A stretch of DNA of 52,257 bases from positions 1 through 52,257 of IMG/VR virus record IMGVR_UViG_3300042879_003234; one strand, given 5' to 3'. Below the pieces are notes generated by a model that made no database searches, was not told the DNA's origin, and worked only from the letters and a program-made list of their open reading frames with translations. This document shows, piece after piece, positions 1 through 9,311 of this stretch. The stretch's first letter is position 1; the number at the start of each line of letters is the position of its first letter. A program made the translations under genes and the position numbers. Source of the stretch: a virus (Duplodnaviria > Caudoviricetes).

Positions 1-519
1 AGTTACAACGTTAACTATATCTGAATTAGCATCCACACTTGCAGTTGCTACGACAACAGGATCGTTTGTTGTAGCAGCAAGTGAAAAACTGGTTGGAATA
101 TTATTGGTTAATTTTACAGTTTCCCATTTTGTTTGTTGAATGGAGTACTCAAAGTCGGTATCGATTAAAGATTCTGGTTCACTAACTCTAAACTTACTTA
201 CAGGATCTAATAAAGTATCTACAGGAGCAAAATTAACTTCCTCTCTTTCATAATAAATTTGAAGATCATCTGTTGAATTTAGTGTTCCAACATTCAAATA
301 AGGAGCATATGAAAGATCAATAGTTGTAGTATCAGAAGATGAGTTATAGGTACAAACTGCTAAAGTATCTGGATCTGAAAAGTTAAATAACGTAGTGTTA
401 TTTGTGCTGTTATTGACCAGCAAAAGTTTAGAAGTAGGTACATATCCCCTCGCTGTTATTATGCCAGTTGAGGGTGTAAATCCTAGGATTTCATTTCCAT
501 AAATTAGTTTTCTGGCCAT
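1..519 (-). CDS. N-terminal part of a large virion structural/fibre protein (runs off the window); paralogue of 36453..41531
   Basis: Not in the ORF track. ATG at 519 reads MARKLIYGNEILGF...DPVSKFRVSEPESLIDTDFEYSIQQTKWET and stays open to base 1; late promoter TAAATA at 558-563. Confidence 0.85.
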   Translation of the reverse strand, partial: MARKLIYGNEILGFTPSTGIITARGYVPTSKLLLVNNSTNNTTLFNFSDPDTLAVCTYNSSSDTTTIDLSYAPYLNVGTLNSTDDLQIYYEREEVNFAPVDTLLDPVSKFRVSEPESLIDTDFEYSIQQTKWETVKLTNNIPTSFSLAATTNDPVVVATASVDANSDIVNVVT

Positions 520-557
520 TAGATCCCCTTATTTTATGCTGTTTGTATTTCTTGTAT

Positions 558-563
558 TATTTA
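558..563 (-). promoter_or_regulatory. T4-type late promoter core (TAAATA)
   Basis: CTAAATA about 40 nt upstream of the ATG at 519. Confidence 0.6.
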
Positions 564-571
564 GTAAAGAG

Positions 572-3500
572 TCAAAGACCAAATACGATTGTCCAACCAG
601 AAATATATGTTTTAAACTCTTGTTTTCCGTAATAGAATCTATCAGTAAATGTTACAACACCAGCAACTGATAATCCAGTATCCATTCCAACATAATCATT
701 AAATCTTACTGGACCCATGAATGTTGAGAATCCAGAAACATTTAAATTATCCAGTTCAGTATGTCCATTTATATCTAATGAACCTTGTATGTATACATCA
801 TTTGCAAATGTTGAAACTCCACTAATTCTGAAATCTCCACCAACATTCAAATTGCTTCCAATTCCAACTCCACCTTTAACAATAAATGCACCGTTTGCTG
901 GAGTTGTAGATTGAGTATTATTACTGACGGTAGTGACTCCTGTAATTTCAGAGTCTCCTCTTACATACAAACTTACTCCAGATTTAGCAGAATCCGTTCC
1001 AATTCCTACTTTTCTATCTGTATGAATACCAACTGCATCAACTTTCCAAATATCTGAAACATTAAAGAGTCCAGATCCATCTCCGAAGAATGATGGAACT
1101 CCATCGATACCAGACCAAATACCTACAAATCTACCATTATTTTGAATTGGACCCCAACGTTCCCAAGTATTATTAATAGTGTAAACCCATCCAATTGTTT
1201 GTCCACTTACAGGATTATCTGCAAATGTAACGTCACCATAATCACCTGCAGTTGTTGGTGTAGAAATTCCAACACTTATCTTTTGAGTTGTATCAGATTC
1301 TCCTTGTAATAGAAGACTCTTAACTTGAACACCTCTATCTGTGTTTGAAATAATTTTATTGTTGAATACAACTGGACCACTAAACTCAGAAATTGCGTTG
1401 TTATCAGATCCTCCGTCAACTCTCAATGATCTTTGGACATTTGCTTCCAATGGATTGATAAGATCAAATCCAAGATTCAATCCACCGAGATTAACACCAA
1501 TATCTTCACCAGTAACTGTTGGTACAGGTGCGTCAAAAATTTCTTCCTGTCCAGTAGCAGAACTTACTCTCTTATTACCAATGTAAAAATCTCCATCATT
1601 ATTCATTCCAGTGAATACGTTGATACCACCATCAACTCTGGTTGATTGTGCAATAAGTTCCTCTGCTGGTTTTAATTGTCTATCCTGCTTATCTGGTAAT
1701 GCAGTTGAATAGTTACCAGGACCATAACCAACATACTCAAAAGTATGTCCAGAGGCACGAATAATGGAGTGTCTTCTTAGTTCAGATGGTCTAACTTTAA
1801 TTCTTCTAACAGCAGAACCAATTACATGAGGTTGTCTTTGCGATCCAAACAATCCTCTAAAGACTGCTACTGGATTGGAAATAGCACTTCCGATTCCTGG
1901 TGCAGATTTAATTCTAAAAATTTCATCATCTACGGTAAAGTAATCACCAAGTCTAAAGTCAAAATTGCTAACATTATTAATCACTACAGTATCTGTAGCA
2001 GAATCTACAATAGAAGCACCTAAAGTGGTTACAATACCAGCATATTCAGTAACAATTCTTGCTGAAATTCTATCTCCCGTCTTAGTTAGTGCTCCACCAT
2101 TTGCACCAAATCCTCCACGGTAGATCTTGGGAGTTCCTGCAGTAGAAATTGCAACTGTACTAATTCCAGGTCTGATATTGAAAGATGTAAGACTATTAAT
2201 TCTCTTTACAATATAATCTTTGTTAAAGAAGTCGTTATCAAATCCACCTAGACGAACTTTATTATCAACAAATAAACCATGATTATCTGGACAAGTTACT
2301 GTAACAATTCCTGTTACATTATTATATGTAAATGATTGAACTTTAATTGTTGGGGCATTATATTGAAGAGCACTAAATGCTGTAAATGTTGCACCCAATC
2401 CTGTAGTAGTTGCAGCGGAAACTGGAGTTGCTGAATATACTTCAATTTCCTTTGTTTTACCAGTGGAAAGACCAACAACTTCATAAAGAGCATTATATCC
2501 ATCATAAATTGGTGGATAAATTCCCTGAACAGATATGGTCTCGCCAATATTATCATAGATCTTAGAAACTTGAAGAATCGCTGGAACCCAAGGAGCAAAA
2601 GTTACAACACCAACATTTGCTACCGTTAGAGTATCACCAACGCTATATGCACTACCACCGTCCATAATGGCAATTCCAGTGATAGTTCCAGAAGCATCAA
2701 CTTTTACTGCTGCTGTTGCACCATCACCAAAAGTTCCAGCAATACCAACTAAAGGAGCATTATAAAGAGCCGCTGCAGATCCAAATCCATATCCTAAACC
2801 ACCACTTATGATGGAAACCTCAACAAGTCTATTCAGACCATGATCAAGACGAGTATAAATTGTATGCTTATATTGAGAAATTGATGCACCTTCAAACTTA
2901 GAAATAATATTGGTTATTCCAACTCCAACACCAAAATCTAATAAAGCTCTTCCAAGAGATTCTTTAGTAATACTTCTTTCTGGATCATTTACAACTACCT
3001 GACCAATTGGATCTGGTAATGCATGGGAAACTGTTGGAAGAGGATCAGATACTGGATTATCTCTATTAGTTTGTGGATATAAGTATTGAACTGGCTGTAA
3101 AAACTTCAGAGTATTAAATGGAGATGGGGAAGGAGTATTTCCTGAATTAATAACAATCAAATAATAGATTCCATCTTTTTCATTTGGGATATACTCTTGA
3201 ACTTCTTCTACACGATAAATTACATAGGTGCTATAATATTTGGTTCTCTTAAATGCGGGAAGATTAACAGTTCTTTGTGATGTATTTGTTGCAAAAGCAC
3301 CTGGATCTGTTGGTAGTAAAACGACAAACGATTTTCTACTGAGGACAGAGACAACTATGAATTTACCATTAAATCCCAAGTCATCTGCTGCAGTTAAATT
3401 ATTGATACTAGCAATATTAGATATTTCAACTTCAGATCCTAATGCTAAATCGTGAGGAAGTTCTGTAAATATAATCGCAATTCCACCGTTTGCTGGAGAC

Positions 3501-6076
3501 CATACTGCTCCAGAAATAAATCTTGGATTTCTTAGTTCTGTTGAGTTTGAAAGTTCTGCAAAATTTGGGCTATAATATTTTGCTACCTCAGCGTTTGTTG
3601 ATGGAATAGTTCCATTAGATTCTTGAATAATATACCCATCCAAAGGTGGTCTACCTTTAATAGGGGAATCTTTAGGAACAACATATCTGACTCTAAAAAT
3701 TTTATCTGAAAGTGGTCTTGGATCTGGACGACGATAGAGGAAAGTCTTTGGAGTGGTAACACCCAGTTTTCCAACTCCATAAGCGTTTAATGTTTCGTTA
3801 ATGTTGTTCTTTAATGGATCACTTGAAACATTTACATACCATTGTCCAGCAGAAGAATCCCATTGAATAGGATGCCCTAGATCTCCAGGTGCTTTATCAG
3901 AAACACGACTTTCTATGGTTAGCAATCCACCACGATTATTGATGTCTAGTGGAGTATCGTTAATTGCTTCGTTGATTGTCTGTGCTAATTTAATTTGGTT
4001 TACTCCCAAACTTGGAGAAACCTCATTTGTAATTACATAGTAGATTGAATTGAATATAATACCATCAGGTAGAGATCCATTATTACTTAATATCCTAACG
4101 TTTTCTCCAGTTTTAAGAGTGTGTCCCGTATTTAAAGTTATAATGTTATTCTCAATATTATTTTGATTGGATGCTGTTAACGCGACGGTAAATACTTTTT
4201 TAGATGTTGCTTCTGCTCCTGTTCCAGGAGTATTTTGCATTAAGATTGGTGCGGAAATTTCATAAGTATTTTCAGTAGTAATTAAAGTTGCGTTCAACCT
4301 ATCATCTGATTTTGCGCCAAAACGATAACCTTGAATAACGTGTGATGGAGGATTATCGAATGTATTTTGATCATAGAGATATACACGAGTATTATCACCA
4401 ATTGATGTGGTAACTCCAACATCTATTCCTAAAAATTCAATTGTAATATCATCGGTTTCTAATTCTCTTGGAGGAATGATATGGGTGACATATCCAACAT
4501 CATCTTTTACAAATGCGTTTCTCTTAAATCCAGTTGCATAGAGAGACTTAGCACCAAAGTTTGAGTTGGAGTTTGTTAATGATAAATCTCCTCCTGTCTC
4601 TACAACAAAATGATTTGCATATCCAATTGCGAAGATAGAGACTAATTGTAAGATTGAGTCATTAGAAGCTTTAATGTGGAAGTTTTCATATGCTGGCTTA
4701 TAACGTGCTCTAGAATCCGAAGAAATATTTTCATTTCCAGAGGCAGTTCTATCTAGATAAGTACCTGACGCTGAATCGTACTTAACGAAGGCATTTGGAT
4801 CTTTTTGTAGTCCAATACCAGTAAATTGAGCAACAACCATGGACTTGAATCCTGTTGCTTTATCTCCATCTGCATGGAGACCACACATACCATATACAGA
4901 TCTAAGAGATATGTTAAAGATATATGGAGAAGCAGATGAAACAGTATCAACAACCGCAGTGATTGTAGGAACACCACTAACAATGGTTGGTAAAGCATTA
5001 GATGGTGGATTTTGAACTCTATACTTAACCTGAGTCGTATTTACAACTTCACTAATTACAAAGTTTCCATTATATCCAGCAGCATTTACACCAGCAATAG
5101 TAATGGGGGAATCGACTTGGAAGTTTTGATTTGCTGATCCAAAAGTTACTGTAACCGTGCTAGTGGAATTAACTCCATCTCCTGCTTTAATACTAGTAAT
5201 TCCTACAGTATCTCCGACAGAACCAACAATTCTGTATTCATCAATTTTTGGTTCAATATCTACTGTTCCTGCACCAAAATCTGGGGTGATTGGTCTTCCG
5301 CTAGATGCTCCAAATGCTAATCCAACTTTTTCATAATACATTTCAAGATCAGTTCTTGTTGTAGAAAAACTTGAAATAAAATCATCAGCAATCTCTACAG
5401 CGTTAACGCCATCGGCATATTCAAATGCTGTTAGTTTATGGTGAGAAAAGTTGGGAATGAAGGTATTTGTTGTATAATCCTTATAGATTTGTCCACTAGG
5501 ATTAGCATCAAAAATAGTAAACTGCCAGAAATAACTTGCTCCAGTTACTCTAAAAATTGCAGACCTTTCAATTTGATCATTTTCTGGATTTGGAATGTAT
5601 AGAGGTCTGATAACTGTCTTTCTAAGATCTAAACCAACAATAGAGCAACCTCTTGGAATAATTACTCCACCATGAATACTGTTTAACTTATATAAAGCAT
5701 TATCATTTGTGGAAATGTCGAAATTAGTATTTAAATCAAACTGGGAAAAATTGTTTGTATATGATCCTGCTCTTGTTAGATAATTGTTTCCAGAGACTGG
5801 TGCATCATTAATTGGAATAAATCCTGGTCTGTTATCAACTATATGTTCGCCAGGATAAACCATTACTGTGGTACGACCAAATCTATCGTTATTTGGTCCT
5901 CTCTGATATGAAAATCTTGCTACTTCAAGAAGTGCTCTTTGGATTGTTTTAAAGGGTCTGGTTAGAGAATTACCTTGATTTTCAATGCTATCAGTCGCGT
6001 CAATGTTTGAAGGATCAACGTAAATAATATCCCCTTTAGGATTCTTTAAAAAGTTATTTAAACGACTAAGACCCAT
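572..6076 (-). CDS. large conserved cyanophage virion structural (fibre/baseplate-associated) protein, ~1834 aa
   Basis: N-terminus MGLSRLNNFLKNPKGDIIYVDP...GNSLTRPFKTIQRAL is typical of this cyanomyovirus family. Start moved from 6151 to 6076 because a terminator and a late promoter lie between them. Confidence 0.8.
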   Translation of the reverse strand: MGLSRLNNFLKNPKGDIIYVDPSNIDATDSIENQGNSLTRPFKTIQRALLEVARFSYQRGPNNDRFGRTTVMVYPGEHIVDNRPGFIPINDAPVSGNNYLTRAGSYTNNFSQFDLNTNFDISTNDNALYKLNSIHGGVIIPRGCSIVGLDLRKTVIRPLYIPNPENDQIERSAIFRVTGASYFWQFTIFDANPSGQIYKDYTTNTFIPNFSHHKLTAFEYADGVNAVEIADDFISSFSTTRTDLEMYYEKVGLAFGASSGRPITPDFGAGTVDIEPKIDEYRIVGSVGDTVGITSIKAGDGVNSTSTVTVTFGSANQNFQVDSPITIAGVNAAGYNGNFVISEVVNTTQVKYRVQNPPSNALPTIVSGVPTITAVVDTVSSASPYIFNISLRSVYGMCGLHADGDKATGFKSMVVAQFTGIGLQKDPNAFVKYDSASGTYLDRTASGNENISSDSRARYKPAYENFHIKASNDSILQLVSIFAIGYANHFVVETGGDLSLTNSNSNFGAKSLYATGFKRNAFVKDDVGYVTHIIPPRELETDDITIEFLGIDVGVTTSIGDNTRVYLYDQNTFDNPPSHVIQGYRFGAKSDDRLNATLITTENTYEISAPILMQNTPGTGAEATSKKVFTVALTASNQNNIENNIITLNTGHTLKTGENVRILSNNGSLPDGIIFNSIYYVITNEVSPSLGVNQIKLAQTINEAINDTPLDINNRGGLLTIESRVSDKAPGDLGHPIQWDSSAGQWYVNVSSDPLKNNINETLNAYGVGKLGVTTPKTFLYRRPDPRPLSDKIFRVRYVVPKDSPIKGRPPLDGYIIQESNGTIPSTNAEVAKYYSPNFAELSNSTELRNPRFISGAVWSPANGGIAIIFTELPHDLALGSEVEISNIASINNLTAADDLGFNGKFIVVSVLSRKSFVVLLPTDPGAFATNTSQRTVNLPAFKRTKYYSTYVIYRVEEVQEYIPNEKDGIYYLIVINSGNTPSPSPFNTLKFLQPVQYLYPQTNRDNPVSDPLPTVSHALPDPIGQVVVNDPERSITKESLGRALLDFGVGVGITNIISKFEGASISQYKHTIYTRLDHGLNRLVEVSIISGGLGYGFGSAAALYNAPLVGIAGTFGDGATAAVKVDASGTITGIAIMDGGSAYSVGDTLTVANVGVVTFAPWVPAILQVSKIYDNIGETISVQGIYPPIYDGYNALYEVVGLSTGKTKEIEVYSATPVSAATTTGLGATFTAFSALQYNAPTIKVQSFTYNNVTGIVTVTCPDNHGLFVDNKVRLGGFDNDFFNKDYIVKRINSLTSFNIRPGISTVAISTAGTPKIYRGGFGANGGALTKTGDRISARIVTEYAGIVTTLGASIVDSATDTVVINNVSNFDFRLGDYFTVDDEIFRIKSAPGIGSAISNPVAVFRGLFGSQRQPHVIGSAVRRIKVRPSELRRHSIIRASGHTFEYVGYGPGNYSTALPDKQDRQLKPAEELIAQSTRVDGGINVFTGMNNDGDFYIGNKRVSSATGQEEIFDAPVPTVTGEDIGVNLGGLNLGFDLINPLEANVQRSLRVDGGSDNNAISEFSGPVVFNNKIISNTDRGVQVKSLLLQGESDTTQKISVGISTPTTAGDYGDVTFADNPVSGQTIGWVYTINNTWERWGPIQNNGRFVGIWSGIDGVPSFFGDGSGLFNVSDIWKVDAVGIHTDRKVGIGTDSAKSGVSLYVRGDSEITGVTTVSNNTQSTTPANGAFIVKGGVGIGSNLNVGGDFRISGVSTFANDVYIQGSLDINGHTELDNLNVSGFSTFMGPVRFNDYVGMDTGLSVAGVVTFTDRFYYGKQEFKTYISGWTIVFGL

Positions 6077-6105
6077 TTTATTAGCACGGATAGTTCTGTT
6101 AAGAT

Positions 6106-6111
6106 TATTTA
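6106..6111 (-). promoter_or_regulatory. late promoter core TAAATA
   Basis: GCTAAATAAT 30 nt upstream of ATG 6076. Confidence 0.65.
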
Positions 6112-6118
6112 GCATACA

Positions 6119-6142
6119 ACAAAACCTCCCGAAGGAGGTTTT
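6119..6142 (-). terminator. intrinsic terminator with a C(UUCG)G tetraloop
   Basis: AAAACCTCC-TTCG-GGAGGTTTT. Confidence 0.85.
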
Positions 6143-6180
6143 GAAGCACACGGAAGGGATTGGTCTTAGTATCGCTACAT
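6119..6180 (-). ncRNA. candidate ~60-nt small RNA
   Basis: Lies between a sigma70-type promoter (6186-6214) and a UUCG terminator, with no credible ORF inside. Confidence 0.5.
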
Positions 6181-6185
6181 TTCAT

Positions 6186-6214
6186 ATTATACTGTAAAAA
6201 GTCAGTTTTTGCAA
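6186..6214 (-). promoter_or_regulatory. sigma70-type promoter
   Basis: TTGCAA-17 nt-TATAAT. Confidence 0.7.
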
Positions 6215-6388
6215 CTATTCGTACTGACTTGTATCCATCATATATTCAACAGTATTAGCGATATCGTTCATAGCATCTCTTAGATGTGGTTGTTGACCAC
6301 TTTCTTGCCTAACGATTGGGCGATGATCGTCTGTAAGAGACCATCGCCATTGTTTCATTTGACTACAATACCACAAATTAATTTTCAT
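6215..6388 (-). CDS. small cyanophage hypothetical protein (MKINLWYC...)
   Basis: ORF track; ATG 6388 overlaps the end of the upstream ORF. Confidence 0.7.
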   Translation of the reverse strand: MKINLWYCSQMKQWRWSLTDDHRPIVRQESGQQPHLRDAMNDIANTVEYMMDTSQYE

Positions 6389-6533
6389 GTTTGAAATATT
6401 CCAATCGAATCCAGTTGGAAAGGGCATTGAGTTCCATTCTTTTTTCTTCAGTAAGATCATATTGTTTATTAAAGAGATAAAAATCTAAGGCTTCAATGGC
6501 CAATTTACGGTCTTTTTGTGAAATAAGAGACAT
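6378..6533 (-). CDS. small hypothetical protein (MSLISQKDRK...)
   Basis: ATG 6533 preceded by GGAGG; the longer track start falls inside a tRNA. Confidence 0.7.
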   Translation of the reverse strand: MSLISQKDRKLAIEALDFYLFNKQYDLTEEKRMELNALSNWIRLEYFKHEN

Positions 6534-6550
6534 AAACCTCCTGTGTAATA

Positions 6551-6630
6551 TGCCCGAAAGAGGACTTGAACCTCCACGCCTAAGCACATGATCCTAAGTC
6601 ATGCGTGTCTACCATTTCCACCATTCGGGC
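6551..6630 (-). tRNA. tRNA-Leu(UAG)
   Basis: GCCCGAA acceptor, GGTAGACAC D-arm, CATGA-CT-TAG-GA-TCATG anticodon arm, variable arm, GGTTCAAGTCC T-arm. Confidence 0.93.
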
Positions 6631-6633
6631 GGA

Positions 6634-6707
6634 AGCCCCAAGTCGGACTTGAACCGACGACCTACGGTTTACAAAACCGTTGCTCTATCCAGCTGAGCTA
6701 TCAGGGC
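6634..6707 (-). tRNA. tRNA-Thr(UGU)
   Basis: GCCCTGATAGCTCAG..., ACGGT-TT-TGT-AA-ACCGT, GTTCAAGTC. Confidence 0.93.
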
Positions 6708-6708
6708 A

Positions 6709-6978
6709 TTAATCACATGGAAGTATTTCTGGATTTTCCAACTCTACTTCAAACAGCATAGGATGGCACTGTTCATCAATCAAATAAAATGAAGATTTGT
6801 ATAGATCTTCTGGTTCCCATCTTTTTTCATGATCAGCTAAATGAATTAACTCTAAATCATATTTTGCGGTATCTGGGAGTTCATCAAAAGTAAATGGAAC
6901 ATTTTGTATGAAATACATAAGGACTATTTGACTACCTTCATTGTACCAGCAATACCTTGCATCGATACGATATTTCAT
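6709..6978 (-). CDS. conserved cyanophage hypothetical protein (MKYRIDARYCWY...)
   Basis: ATG 6978 follows late promoter TAAATA at 7002-7007; the upstream part of the track ORF is tRNA sequence. Confidence 0.75.
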   Translation of the reverse strand: MKYRIDARYCWYNEGSQIVLMYFIQNVPFTFDELPDTAKYDLELIHLADHEKRWEPEDLYKSSFYLIDEQCHPMLFEVELENPEILPCD

Positions 6979-7029
6979 AGGACTTATTCCTACTTTTGAC
7001 TTATTTAGAGAATTTTTTGAATCCTCTAA

Positions 7030-7112
7030 TAGGAGCGGGGGGACTTGAACCCCCACAGGCAATGCCCGACAGATTTTAAGTCTGGTGTGTCTACCGATTC
7101 CACCACGCTCCC
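7030..7112 (-). tRNA. tRNA-Leu(UAA)
   Basis: GGGAGCG acceptor, CCAGA-CT-TAA-AA-TCTG, long variable arm, GGTTCAAGTCC. Confidence 0.93.
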
Positions 7113-7188
7113 AAAAAGTAATAGGGCAAAAAATTTGCGGAATTTTTTTTCGCCCTAAAATGGAATTAAAAATCAATTTTCCCTGGAG

Positions 7189-7259
7189 AGCGGGCAACGG
7201 GGATCGAACCCGTGACTGGAGCTTGGAAGGCTCAGATGTTACCGCTACACCATGCCCGC
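7189..7259 (-). tRNA. tRNA-Gly(UCC)
   Basis: GCGGGCATGGTGTAGCGGTAACA..., GAGC-CT-TCC-AA-GCTC, GGTTCGATCC. Confidence 0.92.
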
Positions 7260-7266
7260 ATATAAC

Positions 7267-7464
7267 TCACAGGGGACTAGCATAAACTAAGGAATCTTCA
7301 TCGACAGTAGCACGAACAACTTCCAATACATTCATGAACTGCTCTACAGTTTCACAAGAAACTTTTTTTTCTTCACCCAAATTGGAATAAAGATTGAAAG
7401 TACGCTTACTGGTATCTACAACGCAACGTGTAAGATACTCATCTTGTTCGGTTTCAAAACTCAT
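7267..7464 (-). CDS. conserved cyanophage hypothetical protein
   Basis: 65-aa ORF behind its own sigma70 promoter. Confidence 0.75.
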   Translation of the reverse strand: MSFETEQDEYLTRCVVDTSKRTFNLYSNLGEEKKVSCETVEQFMNVLEVVRATVDEDSLVYASPL

Positions 7465-7490
7465 TCGTGGTGTCTCTCGATTACCTAGTA

Positions 7491-7519
7491 ATAATATCAG
7501 ATCTTGATGGTGGAGTCAA
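7491..7519 (-). promoter_or_regulatory. sigma70-type promoter for the ORF/tRNA cluster
   Basis: TTGACT-17 nt-TATTAT with extended TG. Confidence 0.7.
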
Positions 7520-7824
7520 GAGTCAGTGGACTGTTTGAGTTTTGGCACATCCTTGCGCTCTGCCCAGACCTGATAGTAACAGTCTACAGGAAGTCCATTT
7601 GTTTGTAAATGAACTTCATGTTTATTAACTCTTTTGACTATTAGATTTTGATTCGCACCTATTTCTGTTAAATGAACCGTAATAGATTTTTCCTCAACGA
7701 GATCTTCCCATTCCTCTGGTAAATTAATTACATTTTTGGTAGATCTTCCGCGAATAAAAACAGAATTTTCTGTTGTTACTGGAGAAGAAAATTCAATTTC
7801 TTTATTTTTAAGTTTAATTTTCAT
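7516..7824 (-). CDS. stand-alone copy of the C-terminal domain of 10685..11662 (putative fibre/spike chaperone)
   Basis: VFIRG...NVINLPEEWEDLV...ITVHLT.IG...CYYQVWAERKD aligns by eye with the C-terminus of the 325-aa ORF. Confidence 0.65.
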   Translation of the reverse strand: MKIKLKNKEIEFSSPVTTENSVFIRGRSTKNVINLPEEWEDLVEEKSITVHLTEIGANQNLIVKRVNKHEVHLQTNGLPVDCYYQVWAERKDVPKLKQSTDS

Positions 7825-7825
7825 T

Positions 7826-9265
7826 TTAGTTATCAATTAAGTCCTTGTATGCGTTGCTGTCTAAATCAAATAGTTTTCCATTATATGTATCAATGCTTGA
7901 AGATGCTTGTCCCATTTGAGATCTATATGCCCATATGCGAATATTCATTTCATTTAATTCAGTACGAATCAAATTAGAAAGTGCAATTTTTTGTTGGAAT
8001 TCTGAGTTAGTATTTGCGAGCGCAGTCTCAGCAGCATCTCTAGCAGATTCGGCATTTGTAATAGAGTTGGTAATTGTTGAAGAGCATGATGGAGTAGAAG
8101 AAACTCTAACTTGATCTGCAATTAGAGGATTATCAGAATTTTGTCCAGTATCGCCAGGTTGTGCTCTAACCCAAGAAGATCCATTGTATTTTTCTGGTAT
8201 AGCATCGAATCCAGTTCTATAATAAACCTTTCCAGCACCAACTTTTGGCTTTACAATCCTAGCAGTGGGGTCGTTTATTCGATCTGGATCTTGAAATCCT
8301 TCCATAAATTGATTCCAAGTCTGTGATATATCTGGATAACCAGAAGCATTATCGAAATCAATAGATGCTCCCATTCCAACATTACTACTATTCATCATTT
8401 TAATAGTTTGTGGGACGTAGGGGCTTGATGCTGGAGGAAGACCAATGTTTTGAAGTTCATCTGGATCTTTTAATATGGTAAATGTTGCAAAAGTTCCATC
8501 ATCTTGAGGTGCTTTTACTTCTGTTAGTGACGAAAATTCTAAAGTTAATTGATCAACAAGTATTGGTGTAGTCCCAAAACCAGCGTCTACTTTCGATAGA
8601 TCTGCTAAAGTTGTTCCAATACCAACAATTTCAACATTTAATCCTGGAAAAGCTTGAGGATCGCTACAGATAATAAGTTGACCTACTTTAATATCATCAC
8701 TAATTTGAGATGATAATCTTGGAGACATTACAGTTAAAACGCTAGATCCCAATCCAATAGTTCCAATAAAAGATCCAACATAAGATTCGATTATATCTTG
8801 ACAATATGGTTCATCATACATTCTAATTCCATATAAATTATCTGGTTGCAAACCAAGTAAATTATTTGATGTTGATGCTGTTCCAGAGTTAGTTAAATAT
8901 GTAATAGTGCTAAGTCCGAGACCATTGGGACTTGCTTTTACACAAACATAATTTTGAAAAGTAAATATAGATCCTGGAGTTTCTCCCTCAGTTGTTGTGA
9001 TCCCAGTATAACGCCAAAACACATCTGTTCTACATCCAGAATTAACTCTGTTATCATATGCAGTTCTTACATCTAAAATTTTATTGTTAACATTTTCAAT
9101 TGGAGGAAGTAATGTACTATCAACTTTATAAACAGCTTTTTGATAGTCTGTTCTAGCATTGTCTAGAATGACTATCTGTTCTCTGAAGAATTCTTTTTCA
9201 GTTTCTGCAGTTGAAATTTTCTCATTCAAGAATTTTTTAATAAAATCTGAAGTGTTATTGCTCAT
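7826..9265 (-). CDS. hypothetical late (probably virion) protein with coiled-coil ends
   Basis: 479-aa ORF; late promoter TAAATA at 9307-9312. Confidence 0.7.
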   Translation of the reverse strand: MSNNTSDFIKKFLNEKISTAETEKEFFREQIVILDNARTDYQKAVYKVDSTLLPPIENVNNKILDVRTAYDNRVNSGCRTDVFWRYTGITTTEGETPGSIFTFQNYVCVKASPNGLGLSTITYLTNSGTASTSNNLLGLQPDNLYGIRMYDEPYCQDIIESYVGSFIGTIGLGSSVLTVMSPRLSSQISDDIKVGQLIICSDPQAFPGLNVEIVGIGTTLADLSKVDAGFGTTPILVDQLTLEFSSLTEVKAPQDDGTFATFTILKDPDELQNIGLPPASSPYVPQTIKMMNSSNVGMGASIDFDNASGYPDISQTWNQFMEGFQDPDRINDPTARIVKPKVGAGKVYYRTGFDAIPEKYNGSSWVRAQPGDTGQNSDNPLIADQVRVSSTPSCSSTITNSITNAESARDAAETALANTNSEFQQKIALSNLIRTELNEMNIRIWAYRSQMGQASSSIDTYNGKLFDLDSNAYKDLIDN

Positions 9266-9311
9266 AATTATAATATAGTTAACGAAAATAATTTACTCTT
9301 TGTTGATATTT

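Noticed and set aside
6105-6185. 26-aa ORF MKCSDTKTNPFRV... and the 6151 extension of the large protein
   Set aside because: The ATG abuts the -10 box, upstream of the predicted TSS, and both readings cross the terminator
6979-7285. N-terminal extension of 6709..7197 and ORF 7085..7285 (+)
   Set aside because: They overlap tRNA genes
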